In this document: positions 48,529 through 59,334 of the stretch, piece by piece
How the letters are laid out: every line of letters begins with the position of its first letter
Numbering within the stretch: position 1 is the stretch's first letter
Source: a bacterium
GTDB lineage: Bacteria; SAR324; XYD2-FULL-50-16
Reading direction: 5' to 3'
Assembly: GCA_032250835.1 (NCBI GenBank)
Contig: JAVVEA010000005.1
Location: 32,001-96,000, forward strand
DNA length: 64,000 nt
Translations under genes and position numbers: made by a program
Notes under the pieces: generated by a model
The model's input: only the letters and a program-made list of their open reading frames with translations
Told to the model about the DNA's origin: nothing
The model's database searches: none

Positions 48529-49225
48529 GTTCGTCACCCACAAAGGTCAATTGTCCGCCGCCGGAGACCGGCTCGATCATATCGGGGCGGTCATTGCTGG
48601 GGTTGTTGACCGCGCGGCTCACTTCAAAGGCCTTCATCTGTGAAGCGTCGAAGGGTCTGAAAATATTGGGCAAGTCCGCAGGTTCTAGGTCGAGCCAGCG
48701 CCGAAAGTCCTTAGCGCGCAATATCACCGGCATGCGGTGGTGTAGCGGACGGACCAGTTCGTTGGCTTCGGTGGTCAAAATGGCGCAGGATAGACGCTCG
48801 CTCTTGCCGCCCGGAGCGGTCCAACAATCCCACACACCAGCCATCACAAAAGGTTCGCCGTCTGTCAGTTGGAAGAGGAATGGTTTCTTGCCTTCGGAGC
48901 TTTTTTTCCATTCATAAAACCCATCGGCAACGACCAGACAGCGGCGCTTGGAAAAGGACTCTTTGAAGCTGCGCTTTTCATGGAGCGTTTCGCAGCGGGC
49001 ATTGATCAGCGGCTTCGCGCTAGGGCCTTCGGCCCAACGGGGGATCAGGCCCCATTCAAACCACCCGGCTTGGTATTGGTTAGGGACGCGGTCCTTGGCT
49101 AGGCTCAATACCTCCTGACCTGGGCTCACATTAAAGCGCGGCACAATCGAGGGGTCAAAGTCGATCTCGCTGAAGGCCGCTTCCAGTTGTTCGAGCGTTT
49201 TGGATAAAGCGTATCTGCCGCACAT
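48521..49225 (-). CDS. SRAP (SOS response-associated peptidase, YedK/HMCES family)
   Basis: MCGRY, INARCET, DGFYEW, HHRMPVIL. Confidence 0.95.
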   Translation of the reverse strand: MCGRYALSKTLEQLEAAFSEIDFDPSIVPRFNVSPGQEVLSLAKDRVPNQYQAGWFEWGLIPRWAEGPSAKPLINARCETLHEKRSFKESFSKRRCLVVADGFYEWKKSSEGKKPFLFQLTDGEPFVMAGVWDCWTAPGGKSERLSCAILTTEANELVRPLHHRMPVILRAKDFRRWLDLEPADLPNIFRPFDASQMKAFEVSRAVNNPSNDRPDMIEPVSGGGQLTFVGDEHV

Positions 49226-49294
49226 AAAGGCTTCTTTAAAAGGTTAGCCTTTAGTCTAGCTGGGCCGATGCCTTCGGGCAAGCCTTGAGCAGCG

Positions 49295-50083
49295 CTACAA
49301 AACCGGGATCAAGCCCAGCGAGACGGCGCGGGCAACAGCGTGGGTCTTATTAAACACATCCAAACGTTCGTAGATCGCCGAAAGGTGGTTGTGGACGCTG
49401 CGTTCGCTATACTGGGTCACTTCGGCCACCTGTTTGATGCTCAAGCCGCGTTGGGAGAGATTCAACACTTCCTTTTGGCGTGGGGTCAGGAGGCTTTGGT
49501 GGCGGCGCTTCTGCTTGCGCCGCAGGGCGTCAAAGGCGAAAGGCAGGGTCAGTCCCAACTGAGCCAATCGGCCCGGTTCGGGCACAAACCTCGGGCCCCA
49601 TACCGTGCAAAATAAAACCTGAGCCCCTTCTTCGCGCTGCAACGCGGTCGCAGCTCCTTGGTAAACCCCCAGCTGGGTGCACAGGCGGTTCATGAAATTT
49701 TGGGCCCCTTGGCCAGCCAATTCGTCTGGTGCTAAGGCCGAGTTCTGTTCCAGCCAATATTCCCAGGTCCGCACCCGGCCATCTTGAGGCCCTGCCAGCA
49801 AAGCAGAAAAGATGGGGTCCTCACACCAATAGGCCTGAGAAACGTATTCCTTACGCCAAGGGCGCGGGACCTCAAAGCAGCTATTTAGTTCTAGTAGTTG
49901 GCCCTGATCGCCCCGGCTAGCTAACATAAAGGCCCATTGTTCAAAGCCAAGCAAATGGCCTAAGCGCAAAAAAGCTCTCTGAAGGGCTCGATTGCTCTGG
50001 GCTTGGGAAAGCTCTATGGAGGCTTCTAGCAAAACACCCGAATCGGGTAGGGGGGATAAATACTTGGGGTTTAGTGGTTCCAC
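49295..50083 (-). CDS. LuxR-family regulator with autoinducer-binding domain
   Basis: W..EY.....EDP..W; LTPRQKEVL...SERSVHNHL...HAVARA HTH. Confidence 0.88.
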   Translation of the reverse strand: MEPLNPKYLSPLPDSGVLLEASIELSQAQSNRALQRAFLRLGHLLGFEQWAFMLASRGDQGQLLELNSCFEVPRPWRKEYVSQAYWCEDPIFSALLAGPQDGRVRTWEYWLEQNSALAPDELAGQGAQNFMNRLCTQLGVYQGAATALQREEGAQVLFCTVWGPRFVPEPGRLAQLGLTLPFAFDALRRKQKRRHQSLLTPRQKEVLNLSQRGLSIKQVAEVTQYSERSVHNHLSAIYERLDVFNKTHAVARAVSLGLIPVL

Positions 50084-50336
50084 AATGATTCCCGCAGCGT
50101 CTTAAACAATTAGCTAAAATAAAAAACCATCTATTTACACCCGCAGTGTTACAAATGTTGCGGTCCTCTACAAGCTTTTCTCGATAGGACTAAGTGAATC
50201 CCCACACAGCCTTTAAGGGTGGATAATAATAGCCTTAAACACAAAAGTTAATCTAGTTAATCGGAGCTTAACAAAATGGCTTCAACAAATACTTCGATAG
50301 CTGTTAGCCTCCGTAAAAAATACTCAGGGGATTTAG

Positions 50337-50915
50337 ATGGCTCTTTCGGAATCCGAAAAAATAGAATTTGAGGAAGTGGTTTCCCGCTTTTTAAGCGCCG
50401 ACAGCCCCGAGGCATTCCGCGCCGCTACCGACTATTTAAGATCCCTGGTCCCCTTCCGCCATTTTGCCACTGCGTTGATCCCGATTGAGCCGTCAGGGCT
50501 CAACATGGATCTTGAATGGGCTTTTAGTAGCTATCCCCCGGACTTTGTCCAAGCCTACCTAGAGAACCACCATCATCTGATGGATCTTGCGGTATTGGAA
50601 AACTTTCGGCCCGAGCAGTTTGGACAGGTGCGCCGCTGGAGCGATATCTACCAGCTAGTTGAAGACGAACCCGACCGCTACCCGGCCGAAACGATGCGTA
50701 TGCATTATCAATTTTTGGAATTTGTGGCCCAATGGGGAATTTTAGCCGACGGCTACACGATGGGCTATAAAGGCTTTCATGCCGGAGTGGGCAAGGAGCT
50801 AGGCAGTATCTTCTCCATCGCCGACGACCTAGAGTTTAGCGAGCGCAACCAAGCCCTGTTAGACCAGCTGCGCCCCCATATCCACCAAGGCTTGGTGCAT
50901 GTGTTTTTACGCTAA
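50337..50915 (+). CDS. Autoinducer-binding-domain-only protein (no HTH)
   Basis: [12 protein letters not shown].....DL...WSD...DGYT..; ends at LRPHIHQ without a DNA-binding domain. Confidence 0.7.
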   Translation: MALSESEKIEFEEVVSRFLSADSPEAFRAATDYLRSLVPFRHFATALIPIEPSGLNMDLEWAFSSYPPDFVQAYLENHHHLMDLAVLENFRPEQFGQVRRWSDIYQLVEDEPDRYPAETMRMHYQFLEFVAQWGILADGYTMGYKGFHAGVGKELGSIFSIADDLEFSERNQALLDQLRPHIHQGLVHVFLR

Positions 50916-52714
50916 ATATAATACTCTAAGATTTGGAACTGGTTGAGTAGTTCCAACACCGACCCGACCGCGCTGCTAGGGTCCGCCTCGGCAGCCAAGC
51001 TCAAATCAGGACGGAATTTGTCGGAACCGTCGGCCCCGACCTGTACCACCAAGATTTCATTCGGCGCGTTCAGCGTCTTGAGTTGTTCTAAGTCATAATC
51101 ATCCACCCCAGCCAACGCGGTGATGAAGATCTGGCCCGAGTCGGTCATGATCCGCGCCAGTTCGCCTAAGCGACGGATTTCTTCGGAGCGGTCCTTTCCT
51201 TGGGCCGCCAAGTCGCGGTCCAAGCCCTCGTTGAGATTGCTGTCGGCTAGATAATAGGCCTTGCGCCCCTCGGCGAAGAGACGGCGCTCTAACTCTACGG
51301 CAATTTTACGCTTGCCCACCCCTGGCGGTCCCGAGAAGACCACAAACTTGGCGCGGTGCAAAAAGGCGGCGGCCCGGTTTTCCGGCGTGATTTGTCCCCG
51401 CTGCCAAGCGGCTTCACGCTCGCGCACATGGGCCTCGGCCAGGGTTTCTTCAGACTCCGAGGCCTCTAAAATGATCCCTCCGCCAGCGATCTCAAAGCCA
51501 TCAACCAACACAAACCGCCCAGTACCGTCTAGTTCGGCAGCTCGGTCGAAGGCGATCGGTTTGAGGGCTTCAAAAATACATTCGCCCACGTCGTGACGCT
51601 CCACCACCTGTTTGTTGACCACGCTCGACAGGTCCGATGCGTCCAACACGTTGCGGATCTCGACCAGCCGTACCGGCACCCGCCGGGTCGCCAGTTTGAG
51701 TTTGTAGTTCTTACCCCGGATCAGCGGAGCCCGGCCCATCCAAAAGAGGTTCGCCCTAAACCGGCGGCCCATTTGGGGTTGGGGTTCGGACTTCTTGCAC
51801 ATCAGCTCCCCAGGCGGCACATAAACCTGGGTTGCCAGGGTGAACCCCGTTGCCTCCCCGGCTTTTGCTTGGGTCGCTGGGCTCGCGTTAAAGGATTCGA
51901 TGCTGGTGATACGGCTTTCTTTACCTGAAGGCAAGAAGATCACCTCGTCACCTACCGCCACCTTGCCCGTCTCGATGCTGCCTGCAAAGATGCGGCGGTC
52001 GTCGCCTTGAGCGGTGAATTTATAGACATCTTGCACCGGGAAACGCAGCGGCAGTTGTTCTTTGACGTCTTCGGGTTCCGGCTCAAAGGCGTCGAGCTGC
52101 TGCAACACGCTCAAGCCACTGTACCAGGGCATCTTATCCGAAGGCCCCACCATCAGGTCCCCTTCGCGCGCGGCGATGGGGATGAAGGCCAAGGGCTCAA
52201 CATTGAGCTCTTTAAGGAACTGGGCATATTCCTGGCGGGTCGACTCGAAGGCTGCTTCAGAATAGTCCACCAGGTCCATTTTATTGACCAAGACCACCAA
52301 CTTTTTGATCCCCAACATGCTCACCAAATAGCCATGCCGACGGCTGTTCTCTTGCACCCCTTCTTTGGCGTCAATCACCAACAGGGCGGCCTCAGCGGCA
52401 GCGGCACCGGTGACCATGTTTTTGAGGAACTCGATATGCCCCGGTGCGTCCAAAACAATGTAATGCCGCCGCTCGGTCTTAAAGAAACAGCGGGCCATGT
52501 CGATGGTGATGCCTTGGGCCTGCTCATCCGCCAAGGCATCTAATAAAAAGGCGTATTCAAAGGGCCGAGCGTTTTGCTCGCATTGACGCCGAACCTGATC
52601 CAACTTACCCTGGGGCAGGCTGTTGGTGTCCGCCAAGAGGCGGCCAATCACCGTTGATTTGCCGTGGTCCACATGGCCGACGATCACAATATTCATTCGT
52701 TCTTGGGCTAACAT
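50912..52714 (-). CDS. cysN: Sulfate adenylyltransferase large subunit with degenerate APS-kinase-like tail
   Basis: [25 protein letters not shown]-terminal CysC-like domain. Confidence 0.93.
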   Translation of the reverse strand: MLAQERMNIVIVGHVDHGKSTVIGRLLADTNSLPQGKLDQVRRQCEQNARPFEYAFLLDALADEQAQGITIDMARCFFKTERRHYIVLDAPGHIEFLKNMVTGAAAAEAALLVIDAKEGVQENSRRHGYLVSMLGIKKLVVLVNKMDLVDYSEAAFESTRQEYAQFLKELNVEPLAFIPIAAREGDLMVGPSDKMPWYSGLSVLQQLDAFEPEPEDVKEQLPLRFPVQDVYKFTAQGDDRRIFAGSIETGKVAVGDEVIFLPSGKESRITSIESFNASPATQAKAGEATGFTLATQVYVPPGELMCKKSEPQPQMGRRFRANLFWMGRAPLIRGKNYKLKLATRRVPVRLVEIRNVLDASDLSSVVNKQVVERHDVGECIFEALKPIAFDRAAELDGTGRFVLVDGFEIAGGGIILEASESEETLAEAHVREREAAWQRGQITPENRAAAFLHRAKFVVFSGPPGVGKRKIAVELERRLFAEGRKAYYLADSNLNEGLDRDLAAQGKDRSEEIRRLGELARIMTDSGQIFITALAGVDDYDLEQLKTLNAPNEILVVQVGADGSDKFRPDLSLAAEADPSSAVGSVLELLNQFQILEYYI

Positions 52715-52722
52715 CCTGGCTC

Positions 52723-53604
52723 CTACATGTATCCCTGGCGGCGCAGCGACTCAAGGCCTCCGGCCCCTTCTTTGTCCTGGGCACGTCCCGAGCGTTCGGC
52801 AATATCGGCAAACTTGCCGGTTTTTAATTCGGTGATGATTTCGGGCACCGTCGTGGCGGTGGACTCGACCTTGCCGGTGCAGGGCCAGCAGCCTAGGGAG
52901 CGGCACCGTTCGCCGCTGCCTTGGTCAAAGTACAGATCAATGATGGGGATCTTTTCGCGTTCGATGTATTCCCAAATGTTCAGTTCCGTCCAATCTAACA
53001 ACGGGTGGATACGCAAGTGCGTGCCCGGCGCGAAGTCGGTCTTGTATTGGTTCCAAAGCTCCGGCGGCTGGTCGGCCACGTCCCAATCGTTTTCTTGGTC
53101 CCGGGGACTAAAGACCCGCTCTTTACTACGGCTGCCTTCTTCATCGGCGCGCACCCCAACGATCACCCCGGTATAGGCCTCATGGTTCTGATCCGGCACA
53201 TAACCGCCCTGTTGGTGGTTGTAACGGTAACGCGGCCATTCGCCCGAAAGGGTGTGCTTGAGTGCCTCGGTTTTGAGATTCTTGCAGCAGGCCAACCGGT
53301 CGACATTGCCGTCTGGGAAGGTAGCCTTGGCGTCGAGGGCGTCACGGTTTTCGCCGTAGACCATATTTAAGTTCCACTCCTTGGCCGCCCGGTCGCGGTA
53401 GGCGATCATTTCGGGCATTTTATAATGGGTGTCGATATGCAGCAACGGGAAGGGCACATGACCAAAAAAAGCCTTGCGCGCCAACCACAGCAACACCGTG
53501 CTGTCCTTGCCAATCGACCAAAGCATCACCAGATTTTTGATCTCCCGGTAGGCCTCACGTAAAATATAAACGCTGTGGGCCTCTAATCGGTCCAGATGGT
53601 CCAT
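52723..53604 (-). CDS. cysD: Sulfate adenylyltransferase small subunit
   Basis: [40 protein letters not shown]. Confidence 0.96.
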   Translation of the reverse strand: MDHLDRLEAHSVYILREAYREIKNLVMLWSIGKDSTVLLWLARKAFFGHVPFPLLHIDTHYKMPEMIAYRDRAAKEWNLNMVYGENRDALDAKATFPDGNVDRLACCKNLKTEALKHTLSGEWPRYRYNHQQGGYVPDQNHEAYTGVIVGVRADEEGSRSKERVFSPRDQENDWDVADQPPELWNQYKTDFAPGTHLRIHPLLDWTELNIWEYIEREKIPIIDLYFDQGSGERCRSLGCWPCTGKVESTATTVPEIITELKTGKFADIAERSGRAQDKEGAGGLESLRRQGYM

Positions 53605-53761
53605 GGGTTCCTCTACTGAAAACAAAACACCGCCAGCCGCCGGGACAATAGGTCCCAACGCTGGTCAATGCATTAAAATAACAATGAAAATGAATCTTCT
53701 CTTGGGCCCAAAATTTAGGCCAAAAACTCCGCTAGTTTCTCCTTTTCTCAGCTAGCCCGGT

Positions 53762-54478
53762 TCAAGCCGTCTGGGGGCGGTGGTGCAAACCACATTCTTT
53801 ATGTTCCGGCTCTTCCCACCACCAACGCCCCGAACGCAGGTCTTCACCGGGCGCTACCGCACGGGTGCAAGGTTGGCAGCCGATACTAGGATAGCTGTGG
53901 GCATGCAACGCATGGGTCGGCACCTTGGCGCTCCCCAGGGCCTCCCACAACGTCGCTTCGGTCCAATCCACCAGCGGGTTGATCTTAAACAGCCCGTTGC
54001 CTGCGTCCCATTCCACCCGTTCCAAAGAGGTCCGGGTTAAGCCCTGCTCGCGGCGTTGTCCGGTGATCCAGGCCTTGGCTCCCGCTAAGGCGCGCTGAAG
54101 CGGTAATACTTTGCGCACCCGGCAACAGGCTTGGCGCGCGGCCACGGAACGATAAAACCCATTGGCCCCTTGGGCCGCCAAGAGTTCTTCCACATCTGAA
54201 GCTTCGGGAAAATAACTTTCGTAACGAAAGTTATAGGCCCGTTCGGTGGCGGCCATTAGGTCGTAAGTTTCCTGAAAATGACGCCCCGTATCTAAGGTAA
54301 AGACACGGGCCTTGGGCTCCAAGCCTAAGAGATAATGGGTCAGCATTTGGTCTTCGGCCCCCATACTAGAAGCCAAAACCAAGTCTGGGGCCCCAAAGGT
54401 TTTCAACGCCCAAGCCAAGGTTTCCAAGACCGTCTGCCCTTCGGTTTGGTTTTGAAACTCCGCCAATCTATGCTTCAT
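53762..54478 (-). CDS. cysH: Assimilatory APS reductase (Fe-S type CysH)
   Basis: LDTGR, CCRVRK, SIGCQPCT, RSGRW, ECGLH. Confidence 0.95.
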   Translation of the reverse strand: MKHRLAEFQNQTEGQTVLETLAWALKTFGAPDLVLASSMGAEDQMLTHYLLGLEPKARVFTLDTGRHFQETYDLMAATERAYNFRYESYFPEASDVEELLAAQGANGFYRSVAARQACCRVRKVLPLQRALAGAKAWITGQRREQGLTRTSLERVEWDAGNGLFKINPLVDWTEATLWEALGSAKVPTHALHAHSYPSIGCQPCTRAVAPGEDLRSGRWWWEEPEHKECGLHHRPQTA

Positions 54479-54479
54479 C

Positions 54480-56885
54480 TCATGCCTTTAAGATCAATAC
54501 AGACCAATGTCCGTCGGCGGTCTGATCTTGGGCCAAAATTTCATGGCCCTCTAACTTGACCGATTCGGGTACGTTGATGATCGGTTGCCCATCGTCTAAC
54601 AAGACTTCAAGGGTCTGGCCTGAAGGCATCGCCGCCAGGGCAATCTTGGTTTTAACAAAATTCATGGGGCAACCAACGCCCCTAAAGTCCTTATATACGT
54701 CGGCGCGGGACTCGGGCTGGGCCGTGGGGGCCTCGGCTTCGGCTTTGGTTTCGGGCTCTTTTTCCTCCACCAAATCTAACCCCTGTAACTGCTCGAGGTT
54801 AAAGCGCAAGCTGTCGTCCATGGCTTCGTAAAGCTTCTTCATGTGCTCGCCTAGATTAATCACCTCACCGGCCCATTTGTCTAAAGCGTCCAGGTCCTTC
54901 ACCTTGGCCAAATCAACGGGCTCCTGGTATAGCTTGGGCACCAATCCGGCCCCAATGAAATGCTCCGAAAAGGCGTCGAAGATTTCTTCATCGCTAAAGG
55001 CCTCCACCCCACGGGTCACCAACAGCGAATGGGCCGCCGAGCTAGCCAAGCGGTACAGGTGTAGCTTGCGCTCTGAGCCCCTCAGACCCGCTTCCAAAAG
55101 CTTAGTCGCCTGCTCGATGGTTTCGAAGTCCACTTCGATCATGTCGAACAACCCCGCCGAGCATTCGGCCTTGCGGCCCTTAAGCAGCGTGAAGCGTTGT
55201 TCGTCGCCCCAATCGGTATAATAAGAGGCATCTTCGCTGGCCGCAGGGACGGCGTCAGTGAAGCTTGCCGCCAAGTTCAACAGGTCTTCGACCGCTTCAT
55301 CGGCGTTTAGGTAGTCTCGGATCACCGGCCACTGAGCCTTCTTGTCATTCCAGCCCTTTAAGAAGTCCACCGTAAAGGCGGGCAGGTCCTTAGCGGGCAC
55401 CGAAGCAATACGGCGGGCTACTTGGATCGTTTCGGCGTCCAACTTGCTGCCAATTTGGATCATATAGGCCGGGTAGATGTCTTGGCCGACCTTGCCGGTC
55501 TTGCCGAAGTAACCAATATCCCCCACATGATTGTTACCACAGGCGTTAGGGCAGCCGGAGCTGTACAATTTCAAGTCCCCTAGGGCGTCTAAGTCCAAAT
55601 CGCTGGCCAATAGCGCCTTTTGTACCGCCTCTAAGGCCGGCCGCGATTGGGTCATACCCAAAGAACAGGTCGCAGCACCGGTGCAGGTGACCATGTTGCC
55701 CAACAACTCAGGTTCGGCCCGCAAAAAGAGGCTGGACAGGGGCTGTAGCGCATTAAACAGGGTCCCCAAATGAGCCTCGGGGATGTTGCGCAGATAGGCA
55801 TTTTGTTCCGCCGAAAGGCGCAGGCTGTTTTGCCCGAACTTGGCGGCCAATTGGCCCAAGGCCTTGGCGTCGCTATTTTGCAAGTTCCCGTGGCGCAGCG
55901 GCAGCCGCACCTGGAACAGGCCCGCTTGTTTTTGGTGGCGTACATTGCGCTTGCGCCACAGCGAGAAAGCATGTTCGTCTACCGGCCGCTCGGCGGCCAA
56001 ATCGGCCGACAATTCAGCCCGATTTTCAAGCGGCTTTAAGACCAGCTCTTTGCCCGGTTCCTGCTGTTCCATGGCGTAATAATAAAAGAACAGCCGCTCA
56101 AACTCTTGTTTGCCTAGCTTTTCATAGAGCCATTTGATCTTGGCTTTGCTGCGTTGGCGGCGGTTGCCGTGCTGGTCAAACATCCTTTTGAGCGCCTTGG
56201 TCACGTAATAGACCCGGTGCTCAGGAATCCAGTCCAGCAACAAATGCCCGGGCTTTACCGACGATCCGGTACCGCCTGCCACCCAGACCTCAAAACCTTG
56301 GCTCCCCTCTCTTTCCTTAGCCCAAAAGCCCAAGCAGGTCAGTTTGACCTTGCCGGGATCACTCTTCTTGCCCGAGAAGGCTACCTTAAACTTACGGGGC
56401 AGGTTTAAGCTGTCCGGCTCCGCGACCATCCGGGTGGTCAGTTCGAAGAGGTAAGGACTGACGTCAAAGACCTCATCAGGGTCCACCCCAGCGTCATGGG
56501 GGGCCATCATGTTACGTACCGTGTTGCCTCCGCCCGCGCGACCCGAAAGCCCCACTTCAGCGAGGCTGTGGACCACGGTCATGACATTTTCTAAGTCCAC
56601 AAACGAAAGCTGCAAGCCGCCGCGAGTGGTCACCGCCATCTGGGGCGCGCCATATTGGGCCGAAACCTCGGCCGCGCGGACCAGTTGCTCGGGGCTCAAG
56701 GCACCACCGGGGCAGCGCAGACGGATCATGAAGGTTCCTTCTTGGCGCTGCTCGTAGACGCCATGGGCCACCCGTAGACCCTTAAACTTGACGCCGCTCA
56801 AGGTACCGGATTTAAAGTCGGCCACCTGCTGGCCAAAGGCCTTAAGATCCTCGCCCAGTTGGGGCGGTAGCTCGAAAAATCTCAT
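54480..56885 (-). CDS. Ferredoxin-type siroheme sulfite reductase with C-terminal TusA-like domain
   Basis: GVYEQR, TTR, LPRKFK, CTGAATCSLG...SGCPNAC; terminal DFRGVGCPMNFVKTK. Confidence 0.9.
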   Translation of the reverse strand: MRFFELPPQLGEDLKAFGQQVADFKSGTLSGVKFKGLRVAHGVYEQRQEGTFMIRLRCPGGALSPEQLVRAAEVSAQYGAPQMAVTTRGGLQLSFVDLENVMTVVHSLAEVGLSGRAGGGNTVRNMMAPHDAGVDPDEVFDVSPYLFELTTRMVAEPDSLNLPRKFKVAFSGKKSDPGKVKLTCLGFWAKEREGSQGFEVWVAGGTGSSVKPGHLLLDWIPEHRVYYVTKALKRMFDQHGNRRQRSKAKIKWLYEKLGKQEFERLFFYYYAMEQQEPGKELVLKPLENRAELSADLAAERPVDEHAFSLWRKRNVRHQKQAGLFQVRLPLRHGNLQNSDAKALGQLAAKFGQNSLRLSAEQNAYLRNIPEAHLGTLFNALQPLSSLFLRAEPELLGNMVTCTGAATCSLGMTQSRPALEAVQKALLASDLDLDALGDLKLYSSGCPNACGNNHVGDIGYFGKTGKVGQDIYPAYMIQIGSKLDAETIQVARRIASVPAKDLPAFTVDFLKGWNDKKAQWPVIRDYLNADEAVEDLLNLAASFTDAVPAASEDASYYTDWGDEQRFTLLKGRKAECSAGLFDMIEVDFETIEQATKLLEAGLRGSERKLHLYRLASSAAHSLLVTRGVEAFSDEEIFDAFSEHFIGAGLVPKLYQEPVDLAKVKDLDALDKWAGEVINLGEHMKKLYEAMDDSLRFNLEQLQGLDLVEEKEPETKAEAEAPTAQPESRADVYKDFRGVGCPMNFVKTKIALAAMPSGQTLEVLLDDGQPIINVPESVKLEGHEILAQDQTADGHWSVLILKA

Positions 56886-57283
56886 CAATCCTCCAAGATT
56901 TCGATCAATTCCGGTTCCACTTCTTGGCCCCGGATTCGAAAGGACTTAACGTCCGGTTGCTCGGCAGCTAGCGAGACGATCACATAACTGATGTTGGGAT
57001 CGTAGGCTAAGCGCTTGTCTTCTTCGCTGGGCCGCGCCGGAGTTTCCGGGTGGCTGTGGTACACCGCCGCTTGTTTGAGCCCCTTAGCGCGCATGTCTTT
57101 GACGGCGGCAAATTGTTCTTTAGGGTCCATACTGAAATGTTCATTGGACGCATCGGTATTGACCAGTTCGTAGTGCGCCGAAACCACTCCGTCGGCTTCA
57201 GCCAGATAACCACAAGCCTCATTGGGCAGTTCCCGTTGGGCCTGGGCAATGATCGCAGCCCAGACCGACCGTTTGATCTTCAT
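56885..57283 (-). CDS. JAMM/Mec+ (M67) metallopeptidase, HcyD-like
   Basis: PNEACG, YHSHP...PSEED. Confidence 0.93.
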   Translation of the reverse strand: MKIKRSVWAAIIAQAQRELPNEACGYLAEADGVVSAHYELVNTDASNEHFSMDPKEQFAAVKDMRAKGLKQAAVYHSHPETPARPSEEDKRLAYDPNISYVIVSLAAEQPDVKSFRIRGQEVEPELIEILED

Positions 57284-57285
57284 CT

Positions 57286-58101
57286 TCAAGCCTTCAGTTT
57301 TAAGTCACAAAGGGGCGTTTCCGCTTCGGTCAACTCAGTGATCACCGGGTGCTCCCCACAGACCGGGCAATTTTTTTGTTTCTTCAGCTTCACCTTGCGG
57401 AAGTCCATATCCAGCGCATTAAAACTCAAGAGCGCATCGGTGCACAGGTTGCCCGCGCCGGTGATGAATTTTAAGGCCTCGGCGGCTTGCATGGTGCCCA
57501 ACATCCCGGCAATGGCACCCAAGACACCGGCCTGAGAGCAGGTAGGGACCGATCCGGCTGGAGGCGGCTCACGAAAGACGCAGCGATAACAGGCGCTTTG
57601 GCCCGGTAAGATGGTCATCATCTGCCCCGTAAAGCGCAGGATGCCGCCATGGGACAGGGGCTTTTTGGCCATCACACAGGCGTCATTGATCAGGAACTTG
57701 ATCCCGAAAGTATCGGTGCCATCGATGATGAAATCATAGGGTTCAATCAGCTCCAAGATATTTTCGGCGGTGGCCCACAGCTGGTGCTGGTTGACCTTGA
57801 GTTCCGGATTGATGGCCAACATCTTTTCAGCCGCCGACTTAACCTTGGGCTGATCCACGTCTTTGGTGAAGTGGATCACTTGGCGTTGTAGGTTCGAAAG
57901 GTCCACCACGTCGGCGTCCACCATGCCGATCTCACCGACCCCGGCTGCCGCCAGATACAACGCTATGGGGCTGCCCAGCCCGCCCGCGCCGATCACCAAA
58001 ACCTTAGCTTGCATCAGCTTAGCTTGGCCTTCGACACCCACTTCTTTTAAGATGATGTGCCTAGAGTAGCGCTCTAATTGTTCTTCCGTAAAATCAATCA
58101 T
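57286..58101 (-). CDS. ThiF/MoeB-family adenylyltransferase, HcyF-like
   Basis: RYSRH, GAGGLGS, SNLQRQ, CYRC...CPVC; no rhodanese tail. Confidence 0.95.
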   Translation of the reverse strand: MIDFTEEQLERYSRHIILKEVGVEGQAKLMQAKVLVIGAGGLGSPIALYLAAAGVGEIGMVDADVVDLSNLQRQVIHFTKDVDQPKVKSAAEKMLAINPELKVNQHQLWATAENILELIEPYDFIIDGTDTFGIKFLINDACVMAKKPLSHGGILRFTGQMMTILPGQSACYRCVFREPPPAGSVPTCSQAGVLGAIAGMLGTMQAAEALKFITGAGNLCTDALLSFNALDMDFRKVKLKKQKNCPVCGEHPVITELTEAETPLCDLKLKA

Positions 58102-59330
58102 AACTGGTCTAACGCTTGGGTTAAGTCGTCTTTAAGGTCCTTTAGGTCTTCTATGCCTACGGACAGACGGATTAGGGATTCCCCTACGCCCATCACCTGC
58201 CGCTGTGTTTCGCTATATTCACAGAAGATGGTCGAAGCGGGGTGCAGGATCATGGTCTTATTGTCGTTGATATTGGTTGCCCGCTTAATCAAGTTGACCC
58301 CATCGATCACCGCAAAACAAGCCTCTTTATCCTTTAAATCGAAGGTCAACAAACCGCCATAACGCCCACCGAATTGGGCCTTGGCTAGCTGATGGAATTT
58401 TGAGCTAGGCAAGCCGGGGTAGTTGACCGAAGCCACCTTTGGGTGGGCCTCTAACATCTCGGCTAAGGCCAGGGTGTTTTCGCAACTACGCTCGATGCGC
58501 AGCGCCAGCGTCTCTAAGCCCAAAGATTGCTGGGCGGCGTTGTGCGGTGCCAGACAGCCGCCTAGGTTGCGGAAGACCTGGGTGCGCAGGGTTGCCAACA
58601 TCGCCATCGGCCCCATCCGCTTGGCCGCTTCGCCCAACTTGGGGTGGCGCTTCCAGTCGAAGGTTCCGTTGTCGATCAACAATCCACCCACCGTGGTGGC
58701 CCCACCACTGATGTATTTGGTCGAAGACAGCAGATCCACATCGACCCCGTGGGCCTTAGAGTCAAACAGATAGGGGGTGGTTACGGTGCTGTCCACCGCT
58801 AAGGGCACGCCCTTGGCCTGGGTGATCGCGCTGAGCGCCTTCATGTCGGCCACTTCCATCTGCGGGTTGGTGATGATCTCTAAAAAGACCATGCCCGTCT
58901 TTTCGTCTATAGCCGCTTCCACTTCGGCGGGGTTGGTCATGTCCACATAGCGGACCTCTAGACCCCAAGGACCCAGGCTGTGCTCAAAGAGCGAAACGGT
59001 GTTGCCAAAGAGGTGGCGGCTGGTGACGAGGTTGCCGCCTTGCCAACAAAGGGTCAGCACCAAATTACTGATCGCCGCCATCCCCGAAGACAAGGCCAAT
59101 ACGCCCAAACCACCGCTGAGCAAGCGAACTTTTTGTTCCAGCTCTTCGATGGTCGGGTTGCTGATGCGGGTATAGACGTGGGCGGCCCGGCGGCCCTGAA
59201 AGGCCTGAGCGATCTCCTGAGCGCTGGCGTGCTCAAAGGAGACGGTCTCGTAGATCGGCATGCGCAGGCTGCCGTGGCTATCTGCCTTGGGCCGCTTCGC
59301 GTGGATTGCTTTGGTGGTGAACCCGTTCAT
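58098..59330 (-). CDS. O-acylhomoserine sulfhydrylase (MetY/MetZ-like, PLP)
   Basis: YTRISNPT, SSGMAA, SSTKY, LHPASTI, RLSVGIED. Confidence 0.9.
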   Translation of the reverse strand: MNGFTTKAIHAKRPKADSHGSLRMPIYETVSFEHASAQEIAQAFQGRRAAHVYTRISNPTIEELEQKVRLLSGGLGVLALSSGMAAISNLVLTLCWQGGNLVTSRHLFGNTVSLFEHSLGPWGLEVRYVDMTNPAEVEAAIDEKTGMVFLEIITNPQMEVADMKALSAITQAKGVPLAVDSTVTTPYLFDSKAHGVDVDLLSSTKYISGGATTVGGLLIDNGTFDWKRHPKLGEAAKRMGPMAMLATLRTQVFRNLGGCLAPHNAAQQSLGLETLALRIERSCENTLALAEMLEAHPKVASVNYPGLPSSKFHQLAKAQFGGRYGGLLTFDLKDKEACFAVIDGVNLIKRATNINDNKTMILHPASTIFCEYSETQRQVMGVGESLIRLSVGIEDLKDLKDDLTQALDQL

Positions 59331-59334
59331 GGCT

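Noticed and set aside
50084-50336. lux box between the LuxR genes
   Set aside because: No convincing 18-20 bp palindrome found by eye
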